Shown: positions 22,897-34,550 of the stretch, piece by piece
Position numbering within the stretch: the first letter of the stretch is position 1
How the letters are laid out: each line of letters begins with the position of its first letter
Assembly: GCA_043228905.1 (NCBI GenBank)
Contig: JBHGNT010000017.1
Coordinates: 13,392,001 to 13,456,000, forward strand
Direction of reading: 5' to 3'
DNA: 64,000 nt
From: Azolla caroliniana
Taxonomy: Eukaryota > Plantae > Polypodiophyta
Program-made: the position numbers and the translations under genes
The notes under the pieces: model-generated
Seen by the model: only the letters and a program-made list of their open reading frames with translations
The model's database searches: none
Told to the model about the DNA's origin: nothing

Positions 22897-25681
22897 GAAA
22901 GCACCGAAGATACTGCTCCAACGTTTTATTTGCTCCTTCTGCTTGGCCATCGGTTTGTGGGTGGTAGCCGGAGGAGAGGTTACAAGTGACCTTGAGCATT
23001 TTAAAAAGGTGCTTCTAGAATTTCGATACGAACTGGGGTCCACAGTCACTGATGATACTATCGGGAAGGCCATGATGCCGAAATACTTCACGCATGACAA
23101 TTTCAACGGTTTCTTCACTGGATATTTCCTTAGTACATGGCAAGAAATGAGCCATCTTCGTATATCGATCTACGACTCTTAGAATTGCATTGAACCCCTT
23201 AGAGACTGGAAGATCTGTGATGAAGTCTAGAGCAATGGATTGCCACGGCTTGCTTGGAAGTGATAATGGTTCTAATCAACCATATGGATGATGCCTTGGA
23301 ATTTTCGCTCTGTAGCATGTATCACAAGTCCGAACAAAATCTTCGACAAATTGTCGCATACGGGGCCACTAAAATGATCGTTGTACTAAATCTAATGTTT
23401 TAGTACTACCAAAATGCCCAGTTGTATATGTGTCATGACAGTTTTGGACTACTCGAAGGCGGCAAGAACCATTCAGAACATACAAGAGTTCATTAAAGAA
23501 TAGTAATCCATCATGGTATTTGAATTGCCGATAGTCCGTACCTGGTGGTTGCGAGTGTGAACAAGATGCTCAAGAGGGGTCAATTTGTGCTAGAATGGCT
23601 TGGGCGAAAGCATCGGTCTTCAAGTCCTCACATATAGTATTGATAACGTGGGAATCCATGGGCATGCCAAAGACTTGTGTTGCTTGCAGTCGTGTCGGTC
23701 CCAAGATTACTTGCTTTTGGTTATCAAAAGCTAGCTCGCTAGGACGTGGTGCTAGGTACGAACACCGTGATAATGCATCTGCCTTCCCTTGGTGCTTCCC
23801 CGAACGATACGTAATTTTGAAGTCAAAATGCGTGAGGAAGTGGGCCCACCGAGCTTGACGTCGATTTAACACACAAGCGTCTTGAAAGTAGGCAAGGTTT
23901 TTGTGGTCACTGAATAAGGTGACTTGATGAGATGATCCCTGAGGAAATGCCTCCATTGCGTAAAAGAGTCCACTATTGCCAATAGCTCCTTATCATGAAT
24001 TTCGTAGTTGATTTCGGCAGCGTCAAACTTGCGTGAGTGAAAATCCATAGGATGTAGATTCTCATCATTACCCCGTTGTGACAGAATGCTCCCCAATGCG
24101 AAATCCGATGCGTCTACTTCGATAATGAATGGTTTTTCTGGATCAACATGAGCTAGAATTGGAGCCAATGTAAATGACTTTTTAAGACTCTCGAAAGCCA
24201 TGTGCGCTTCTTTAGACCAAACGAACGATTGTCCCTTCCTGGTAAGCTGTGTGAGAGGCAGAATGAGCTTTGAGTAATCCTGTATGAATTTTCGGTAAAA
24301 ATTGGCAAAGCCTAAAAAGCATTGCACATCTCGCACCGAACACGAAGTCTGCCACTCTACCACAATTTTGACCTTAGCTGGGTTCATGGAGATGCCTTCT
24401 GAGGAAATGACATAGCCCAAAAATTCCACCTGGTTGCACCCAAAACCACAGTTTTCCATCTTTGCATAAAGACCATGTTCTCGAAGTTGTTTTAGTACTA
24501 ACAGTACATGAGAATCATGCTCTTCTTGGGTCTTCAAATAAACCAGTAGATCATCCAAATAGAAGATCAAACAAACATCCAAGAGATCTCGGAAGATATC
24601 ATTTTCCATGTGTTGGAAGACTGTTGGCGCATTAGTGAGGCCGAACGGCATGACCGTATACTCGAAGTGCCCATATCTGGTGCGAAATGCGGTCTTCCAT
24701 TCATCTCCTGGTCGGATCCGTAGGAGGTTATAAGCTTCCCTGTAAGTCGATCTTCATGAAGAACCTAGCACCATTGATCCGTTCTAAAAGACTTGAGATA
24801 AGGGGAAGTGCATACCTATTTCTGATTGTAACCTTATTCAAGCCACGATAATCTACAACGAGACAAAGTGATCCATCCTTTTTCTTGACGAAGAAAATGG
24901 GTGCGCCGGTTGGAGATTTCGAATACTGAATGAAACCATTTTCCAAATTCTCCTCTATATAGGCTCGCAAGACTTCTAGCACGGTTGGTGACAAATTGTA
25001 GATCGGTCCCCATGGTGACTCTTTCCCCGGTTGTAAATCGATGGGGCAATCATACGGTCGATGGTGAGGAAGCGTATTGGCTTGTACTTTATCGAACACA
25101 TCGGCATAATGATGATACTTCTTTGGAAGTTGAATAGTGGACTCCTTTTTAATGGTGTCTGAGGGCTTTATTGATATTGCAAAGAGAAACATTTCTTCCT
25201 TGCGTCCTTCTTCCCGCAACTGATGTAGCAAAATGGTTGCAATCTTATGAGTAGACCCTCGAGCTTTTCGATACCGTATTTCTCTTGTTCTCCAATCTAT
25301 GTTTGGGTTATGTAATTCGAACCATGGTAATCCTAAAACAATGGGGTGTTCTAGGATGCTAATTATATTAAATGATATTACACATGCTAGATTATCTAGG
25401 ACAATATTAACGGGCTCTGACTCTTCTATGATATTTCTGGAAGCAATGGAACGACCATCAATGACTACTACAGAAGCTGGACACGAGAGTTTTCTGAGTG
25501 ATATCTGATTGGCTTGGGCAAAGTTCCTATCCATGAAGCAAGAATTAGCTCTGGAATCTAGAAGTGCTAAGACATGTACTGGAGGGGTACTTTTAGTACT
25601 AACTGTTACTTGGGCTATGAACACATTGCTAACTTGCTTAGAGGGAATGGAACCATTAATGGGCTACATAGATCTAGGGTT

Positions 25682-25726
25682 GTCCAACCAAAGGGATCCT
25701 ATTTTGGTTGGACTTAGTCGTTTAAC
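25682..25726 (-). promoter_or_regulatory. Putative -1 ribosomal frameshift signal of chromovirus B
   Basis: G_TTA_AAC, 6-nt spacer containing the gag stop, then a perfect 11-bp stem GTCCAACCAAA/TTTGGTTGGAC. Confidence 0.8.
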
Positions 25727-26982
25727 TCTTCTTCTAACTAACTAAGGACATCAAATTTGTTCGCTAGATTTGGGCTATTAGTACTATTAGGATTATCATA
25801 TATCCCTACTGAAATAGACTCGGGTTTAGTACAATCAAAACTAGCAACTATTTGGTTTACCTGCCTTCTTGGCCTCTAGGGACAGTTTACCGCGATATGC
25901 CCTGGTCCATCGCAATAAAGACATAGTCGGTTTGCTCGACGTTGTTTCTTTTCTTCTTCCGATAGCGGTCCACGACGACGTGTGGTGTCAATTTCCATCG
26001 GAGTTGGAGTACTTACTGGAGGCGCATTATATGACTCCCTCAGAAAAGGTTTCACTACCACTGAGGCGTAGGTAGGCTCAGATCTTGCCCTTGCCATCTA
26101 GAACTGATGTTCCGAACGCCATTCGAAGAGGCGATTGTCACGTCTCACCACGTGATTGATTGCTTTTGTTAATGAATTTGGTTCTTCGGGAAAGGTCAAG
26201 AGTAAATCTTTGACATCGTTACATAGACCATAACGAAATTGCTCCATTAACGTTTGATCATCCCAAGGGATACCGGAGGCAAGTAGACGAAAATCTGCAG
26301 CGTATGCGGAGGCTGGACGATCGCCTTGACGTAGTCGTCGGATTTTGTTGATCGTTGTCCTTATGTTGTCAGTATCTCGAAAATAGGCTTTAAACTCACT
26401 TATAAATTCTTCAAAATTGTTTAGTAATGGAGATTCTTTTTCTAACAGCGGAGCGAACCATGCCAACGTTGAGCCACTTAACAACGTGCCTACTAAACCC
26501 ACTCGTGATGCATCGATGGGATATCGGGAAGGATACATTTGAATAAATAGTCGTACCTGATTAAGGAACCCTCTAAACTGCGATCACATTCCATCGAATT
26601 TCATGGGAAGGCCGATCTTGGGTTCTTTATGAATCCCTTGTGTTCCGGGTCTTTGTTGTTGCATCGCTACGATGGTTGCTTCGAGTTGTTGCACACATAA
26701 CGTCAGCTCCCCGTGTTGTTGTTGTTTTCTAGCGCTATTTGTTGAAGATCCCCCAACAAACGGTGATTTTCTTGTTCTAGTGCTACAAATTTCTCCTTTA
26801 AGCATTGGAGCTCCGAGAAAACAGATTGGTATTCCTTAGCACTAACAGTTTCCATTTTACTAGGGAGGATAAGAGGATTAGTATGAAAGGAAGAAAGGGG
26901 TAAGAAGATGAGGGAAACCAAAAAGAAGACCGGAAAAAGGGGATATGTAAGAAGATAAAAGGAAGAGGAGGAAAGGAGGACA

Positions 26983-26996
26983 AAATCGGTTCAAAC
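26983..26996 (-). promoter_or_regulatory. Self-priming PBS of chromovirus B
   Basis: TTGAACCGATTT just after the LTR is the exact complement of AAATCGGTTCAA (27257-27246), which lies 33 nt after the TATA start. Confidence 0.85.
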
Positions 26997-27092
26997 TGTC
27001 AGGATCAGTACTAAGACAAAGAAGGAATTAGTACTAAAAGATGAGGATTAGTACTAAGAGAGGTGTAGAACTCTCGAGAGAAGGAAAGAGTG

Positions 27093-27153
<61 letters not shown>

Positions 27154-27399
27154 GTGAGAGAGAGAAAGGGTGAGAGAATGATGATAAAATATATATATTA
27201 TGTGAAGAGAGTATACACTAGTAGCTAGGAGGCTTAAGACTGGCGTTGAACCGATTTGGTTCAAAATAATGCCTTGTGCTTCCTTTTATAGTGTTCTCAG
27301 GAGTACTCTTGAAGTTTCTAGAATGTTACAGAGAAATCTAGAATATACATCAATTTTCTATAATAAAATATAAATGAAAATAATATTTTATATATTACA

Positions 27400-27465
27400 A
27401 TGTATGGTTTAATGGTCAAGAGCTCGACCCATGTAGCATAAGGTCATGGGTTTGAGTCTTGTCAT
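27400..27465 (+). promoter_or_regulatory. tRNA-like Pol III A/B-box module at the U3 tip, antisense to the element
   Basis: TGGTTTAATGG at 27405, AGGTC, and GGTTTGAGTCT at 27449, with 44-nt spacing. A second copy lies at about 15895-15955. Confidence 0.65.
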
Positions 27466-27474
27466 ATCATGACA

Positions 27475-27642
27475 AATATACTCGAGAAATATCTCTAGAA
27501 TATAGTACCCGTTTAGAATATACTAACGACTAGAATATTCTTGAATGTACTATACACTAGACTCTACAATATATACAAGTTCACAATTGAATGTGGACAG
27601 TTCACAAGAGTTTCTATATGGTTAACACAACACAATGTAACA
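27475..27642 (-). mobile_element. Possible LTR remnant flanking chromovirus B
   Basis: TAGAATA-rich U3-like sequence including GAATATTCTTGAA, ending in TAACA. No partner in the window. Confidence 0.3.
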
Positions 27643-30600
27643 GATGTTTGCTATTAGTTTATTTTCCTCATCGCAAGCGAATTGAACACATGTGATACGC
27701 ATCTATTTAACAATTGAATTCCCAAATGAGTGTCGATATATCGATATGTATGTTAATACATACATACATAATATAGTTCAATGAAAATACTTGAAAATAA
27801 ATCAATATAAATAACAACACCGCACAATCAAAATTTGAGTAAAAACATAATAAAAATATAAAAGACGATTCCAACTTCCCACACCCTAAATCAAACACAC
27901 AAATTACCGCCACAACTATATATAGAGTTGTTGTCGTGTGTTTTTATTTATGTTTTTACTTTTTTATATTTAAAAGTTTTAACTTTTTATTTTCTACCGC
28001 TAACGCTAATGGAATTGCCGCCAACGATGATGCAACTGCCCTAAGCCTAGAAACCCATGTGTGGCGTGCCATTACGTGGTTGTTTTCGGTAGGCAATAGG
28101 GTGTGTCATTGCCATAGGTTGGGTCACTTGTTGCATGGGAATAGGGTGAGTTGAACAAGTTGCGTTGCCCTATTGTTGTGCGACAAGTGCACTGATTTGC
28201 TGTTATGTAGCAAGTTGCCTACTACAACGCTAGCACAAAGCCCCAACACAAGTAACCCCGTGGGGCTAGTGCCCGCAACTTGGTTGCATAAAATAATATG
28301 TGAAATATTATTTATAAATAAAAATAGGAAATTTATTCATACACATATGTGAAATATTTTTCTAAATAAATAAATGAATATAAAAAAGAAAACTTAGGTG
28401 TGACTGTGTATTAGGATGGTCGAAACAAACCCTAAATGAGTATTTAACGTGAGATAGAAGCACCAAGTTTAATCACACATCTCAACGAACCAAACACTAC
28501 ATGCTCATTGAAAAGGTAAAAAAGTCTTTAACATAATTGAGAAAAAAGAAGAGGAATGAAGAATACCAAAGTTCTCAAGTTGTTTGTTTCTTGATCATTT
28601 TAGGATTAAGGAAAATTGTAGGCGCTTAAATGTTTCACATGTAGTTGCTTTTTTATTATAAAAAAGTGGCCAAGTGATCAAACACTATAACGTTATCTCC
28701 CATCGTAGGATTGAGATAACTAAAACCTCATCCTTCATTCCTTAGGAATTAGCCCCAAAAGTAGGAACAATTACCAATCTATGTAACTGTTCATATGGTA
28801 GATCACAAACTGGGGGAATTTGCACCTACCCAAAAGTTTTGGAGACATGCTAAAAGTGACAAAGGATCTTGCAAATGATTAGGAGTTCTCTTATATCACT
28901 GCCTAGATGATTCTTTCTATTATACAAAAGGAGTATAAAGAATAATTAAATTGTCAATTTAGTCCTTGGAGACACAAAGTTCAAACCTTTTAACCATGGA
29001 ATGTACCAATTTTTCATGAGAGTATTCAAGTTAGCACTTTTAGTAATATATCAAGAGTATTTCTCTCAATTCACTCACTACTATCAAATCATTATCATTG
29101 ATTATGTGTGATGTACAAAAATTGAGAATTTCTAATTTAAGGGATCGTTACCAATCCTTTAAATACTTATGGCTTCAATTTCTCTTACTCATCGTTCACA
29201 TCCTAATTATCCATCATTTCTTTGCAGCACATTCCAATTCCCAACCCTTAAATATTGCAGCTCTGGACAAATGATTCAATTTTTGATTTTGGATCATACC
29301 CATGATAGATAAAAAAACATTAAGAAATTTTGTTTGAAATTTATTTTTCACGAAATTCTAGTAATGCTACAAAATGGTGGAAGTTAAGAAAGTTTTTCCC
29401 TCTTTCCACTTGGAGATTTTTCGGTTCACTGCGCAATTGCTTCAAGTCTACGAACAACAACATTGGTTGTAGTGATCATTGGATGTTCCCCCACTAAAAG
29501 TTGGGAAACCTTTTCAATAAGTGGTTTACGAATGTATAACCATGTTTATAGATGCATGAGTGATTGTCGATGTGCTGGAAAACTCTAGGAGATGGAGTTG
29601 TTAGGTGGAACAACTTCTTGATTGCAAGTCTGCATTCTCAAGGCTAGGGGTCATTCTTCTTAGGCTAATGCAATTGTCTTTCATTCCCATATCTATTTCA
29701 AACAATTCCAATACAAATTATTCATTTCATGAGGATCGGTATCGAACCATTGTCCAACTCCTCCCTTTCAAGAAAGGTATAAAGATGTAGTTGACATTGT
29801 TCACCTCAATAGCTACTCCAACCATAGAATTTTAAAGAACCTAGAGGCCCATGAGTCATATGTTCCACAAGGATCTATGATTTTCATATATTCATGCGAA
29901 ACCTTCTTCCGAGTCAATCCTTAAGAGATCTTGATGCTACATTGTTGTGTAGCGAGAATCTTAGCGATCAATAAAGCATTTTCAATTCTTTTGGTTCCCA
30001 AAAAGATCATGTCTTTTAGAAAGATCGGCTAAATTAAGTTTGGATTTGTGTTTTTCTTACATAGGTTAGGGTTTAGGGTTTAACTAGAGATATGAGTGTT
30101 TACTAGAGTCAAAGAGTATTCTTCATAAGACTCTATACTATGGTGAATTATGTTTGGGTAACGTCATTACACCAATATTGGGCCCTTCAAGTTGTAGGAA
30201 TATTCCAAAATACCTCTACTTGAGAAGATAATAAAATAGGCATTTTTGGTATTTCTCCAAACAAAATGTCTTCATTTAAATTTGATTACAAACTTATAAT
30301 CCTATAATAATATTCAAGAGGGAACAAATATACTTGTAAAGTTGTATATATATTAGTTTTTGGAAATAACACCTTTAAACTAAACTTCAATTGAACATTT
30401 CATATAACTTGCCTCTTAAACTACATGTTTCACACATCTTTGTTACACCATATATTACTTTTCCTAAACTTCATGTCACATTGGTATATGTAAACTCACA
30501 ACCAAGAAATCTCCAAAATAGTTGACACTTACATCTCAACTATGGCCTAATTGGCATGTTTCCCTCTTTCTATCTCTCAACTCATAATCCAACTATATCA

Positions 30601-31522
30601 TCAAGGTTTCATACAAAACACAAAGATAATGATCAAGTGTTCCAACTCTAGAAGTTAAAAGCTTAGGGATCAATAAAAAAGGAGTAAGAGGACAATCACT
30701 AGATTATCATTAATGTGGTGATTCTGGTTTAAATACTCGTGAATGATTATTAGAAGTGAATAATGCCTTAATTTATGCATAGTGGGTTTTGAAATCCATT
30801 TAAATATTAAAATAGTAAGTTTCATGAGTAAATTATACGTATGAGAACCTCCTATTATATGATTACTATGAAGAGAGATAGAGGAAGAGAAAAGAATGTT
30901 ATTTATACTATTAGGGGAACAATACAAACTTCTTAGACTCTAAGTACAAAGACAATTTCGGAGAACTCTTTTTCTTTCTATTACTCTAAGTGACAATAAA
31001 CTTTCATTCTTCCTTGCTTCTTATACCAAGTCTTTTCTCACTTCTTGTAGACCTTCTATTCTTCTTTCTTCATTCTTTCTTCTTATGGCTTCCTAGTTAT
31101 AGTTTTTTGTTGTGTTATTCTTGCTTTTTTTTAGATATACTTAAGTCTATGTGGGGTGGTATTTTTATATCAATAATTTTCCTTTGCAACAGTATATTTT
31201 TGAAAATCGCTCTTTGTCACCTTTTTTATGAATCTTGTTTTTCAAAATTGAAGTTTTTTATCCATGAGTTTTTTATCTATTTAGATCTTCCTATCCATGG
31301 CTTGTTTTTTTCACTTTTTTAAAAACACCTCTGTCTTTGTCCATTCAAGTTCCTTCCTTCTTTGATTATTATAATACTTGAGTCCTTCATATTGAGCTTT
31401 ATTCTTGGGCATCCTAACATCCAACATACTTGTAACAATATTTTCTTTTGAACAAAAATTGATTTCACAATTACTTCTCACGACATGTTCTTACCTCTTC
31501 TCCATTCGCTTCTTCAATAGAA

Positions 31523-33321
31523 TCATGAATCATGATTGCTGAATAAATATGTAGATTTTTGCCCTTGTTTGGATGCATTTAATGCTAATGCCTTTTGAAG
31601 CCATGATCTTGTTGGGATGGGGGGAAGTTGGGGCGAAGGAAGTATTGAATGGAGAAAATGGTTATTGTATTGTGGATGAGAATTAGACGCCCTACTCTGA
31701 CATCTCGTATGGAAACGAGAAATCCCTAAGTTCCTACCCAGATCATACCTAGAGATATATTCATCTATAATATTTGGGGTGTTTTTCTTCACCATTTGTG
31801 AAATGGTATCAATCGAACATCTCACATTCCATGGTACAACACAACCTGACTCAAAATGACCTTGGGTTTCATTGTTTTCATTAAGCTTGCTACCATTTAT
31901 TATCGAACCATTACTGCCTTCAAAATTAATTAAACTGTCAAAAAATATGGCTTTATCTCGGATTGATTGCTTACTTGAAATAGCCTCAAAAATATTCTTG
32001 TATATCCTCTGTGGTATGATTGTTTGTACTTCATAATGCTCTTGAGTGGATGATACCATTGGATGACCAGGTGTGGCATCACCACATCTGGAGCCTAATC
32101 TACTATTAGCATCATAGAATTCAAGGTCATATTCATCTTCAGTATGATCAACATTGTTCTCAATGGTTGAACAATTGTTATTGTTATCTTCAATTTGAAT
32201 ATAATGTAAAAGAGGCATATTGTCCTCTAAACTTGCATCATACTCAGCATGGTCGTGTTGAACTGACCCTTCCATATCTTCATCAAAACTTCCACTTTCT
32301 ACCGATGTTCGGGAGTTGAGTATTACACTCATCTACAATCAATATAATAAGAAACATCAATGGATTATGTTTTGCTATGGTATATATTGATTCACTACAA
32401 TGTAGAACATGAGAAATCACCATTCAATATAGGATTCCTATATTATTGACTGGCCTTGGTTTAGATCTTTAGGGAAGGAAATAATGCCACTTATATTTAC
32501 CTTGCTTTACGACATCCTTATTTGGTAGTGATTAAACATCAACGTGATAGGGTGAAAGGATCAAAAGTAAAAGCACTTCCGAACACTTGAATTGAAACTA
32601 TAATCTTTCCCAATGTATTATAATAGCATAAAGGTACTTTAAATGAAAGGTTTCTTACCTCCCCGTCACAATAACGAGAAAAATCGTCATCGTCGTCATC
32701 ATGAATATTGACAAGTGTCTCAATTGTTGCTTGGTTGGGGCTAATTTCTTGATGTGGCAACAATATAGCACTATCACTTTGTTGAGAAGGAACTTGAATT
32801 TTTTGAGAACCATAACGAGCATATCTTCTCCTAACATTAAATACACTAGGCTTCCTATTGCCATGAATAAGTGTGAGATGGGCACGAGCGAGCAATCGTG
32901 CAAGGCCAAGAGGAAGAAATCCACAAGAAGAATCATTGTAAACTTTCTGATGAGAGTTCACCTTCTTTGAATTAGATAAATCACTTGAAGTTATTGTTGA
33001 TGATAAGCACCCTTGGCAAGATGATTCATCACAAGGGTAATCGTTAGACATTTTACTAGAGTAAATATGTTCAGAACTTTGATGAGTGCCATTATAGCCA
33101 AATATACAAGGGCAATGATCATGCACTTGATCATAATTAGACATTATAGGATGATAAATATGGTTGAATGCTCTATGAGAGTATTTATGACTAGACATTT
33201 GAGGGTGGAGGTGATGCAATATCGAATTAAAGTGCTTACGACTAACTAGGGAATTATAGTTAGTAAGCATAGAATCAATGTTGTGATGGTTTTGGTTTTC
33301 ATTACAAATAATAGAATGCAT
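31523..33321 (-). CDS. Two-exon host gene, about 490 aa, DUF688-like (exons 33321-32659 and 32332-31523)
   Basis: Two long same-strand ORFs joined in phase 0 by donor GAG/GTAAGA and acceptor TTGTAG/ATG. CGFLP and PQLPPIPTRSWLQKAL recall DUF688 motifs. The family call and start codon are tentative. Confidence 0.65.
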
Positions 33322-33884
33322 GAGTTCTTCCCAACTTATATGATGTTGGTTAAAACTTAATATTAATCTAGTACTTATTCCCCTCAAGGAGTTGTTTCAA
33401 AGTAACTTGAGGTGTAGTTAGGAGAGCATTGTGGTGTGAAAGCACATTACATTGTGGTTCCATATTGGAATGGTATTTATCATAAACCTGAAGTATAGAT
33501 GGTTCCATAATGTAATTTATAGGTTATATTGAGATTAAATGTAATCATATTGCAAATTTTAGAGGATAGATGACAAATAGGGATGCTAATTTGCACTATA
33601 AATAATGAAGCCAATGTTGTCCATGTAAGGAGATGTTTACCCCCCTCCCACTTTTGTCAACTACAACTTATCTTTGTCTACACCTTAAAGAAAACAACCT
33701 AGAAATGTGGGCCTTTCACCTTCCATTAAGTTATAAATGACTATCATCGATTCCTTTTCTTACTTGCCATTGTATTCCTTGATATATACTTATTACTACA
33801 GTGGGTCACTAATACTTTCCAATATATATGCCTTTCTCTCTCTCTCTCTCTCTCCCTCTCTCTCTCAAGATAGAGAGATATCTC

Positions 33885-33923
33885 TTTAACATCGATGGGA
33901 GATCAATTATGATCTATGAGACA

Positions 33924-33965
<42 letters not shown>

Positions 33966-34114
33966 GGATTCTATTATTGTCCTCAGAGGTCAAATATGAC
34001 CTATGAGACCAAAAATATTACATTTCATGTGGTACATATGAAAGTGAGTAGCGACTCTCGATGTTCAAGAACTTTACCAATGACAATTGAGAGTGTACAT
34101 TGTGGTTGTGAGGT

Positions 34115-34147
<33 letters not shown>

Positions 34148-34194
34148 ATGTGGATAGATAGATTATATTATCGTCTTCGGAGGTCAAATATGAC

Positions 34195-34239
<45 letters not shown>

Positions 34240-34388
34240 GGATTCTATTATTGTCCTCAGAGGTCAAATATGACCTATGAGACCAAAAATATTACATTTC
34301 ATGTGGTACATATGAAAGTGAGTAGCGACTCTCGATGTTCAAGAACTTTACCAATGACAATTGAGAGTGTACATTGTGGTTGTGAGGT

Positions 34389-34432
<44 letters not shown>

Positions 34433-34474
34433 TGGATAGATAGATTATATTATCGTCTTCGGAGGTCAAATATG

Positions 34475-34547
<73 letters not shown>
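33885..34547 (-). repeat. Stack of LINE 3' ends interleaved with (GT)n(GA)n, including a 274-bp tandem duplication
   Basis: GAGGTCAAATATGACCT hairpin recurs four times, with a fifth variant AGATCAATTATGATCT near 33900. Two units copy the last ~140 nt of LINE B. Confidence 0.85.

Positions 34548-34550
<3 letters not shown>

Larger units (their letters stand above)
16291..23228 (-). repeat. 767-bp tandem duplication inside the chromovirus B integrase
   Basis: Copy 1 is 16291-17057. Copy 2 is 17058-17497 plus 22902-23228, split by the copia insertion. The copies are nearly identical. Confidence 0.92.
15563..27474 (-). mobile_element. Ty3/gypsy chromovirus B (Tcn1-like), degenerate, interrupted by a copia insertion
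   Basis: 5' LTR 26997-27474, 3' LTR 15563-15966 (U5 tip lost), PPT near 15967-15982. Gag from 26855 with CLYC..GH..NC, PR LLDSRAN, RT MPFGLTNAP/YLDD, RNase H, integrase and chromodomain YEVAAILD..LVDWLGY..TWEP. Confidence 0.95.

Noticed and set aside
28228-28270. Helitron 3' end (GC hairpin plus CTAG)
   Set aside because: The hairpin abuts CTAG without the usual spacer, and no 5' end or RepHel remnant was recognised.
30990-31322. Hydrophobic 110-aa ORF
   Set aside because: Product of T-rich composition, with a non-ATG start and no domain.
28400-31500. Ancient gypsy or gene remnants, including a Lys/Glu-rich minus-strand stretch
   Set aside because: Only faint motif resemblance with many stops, so boundaries and identity cannot be supported.
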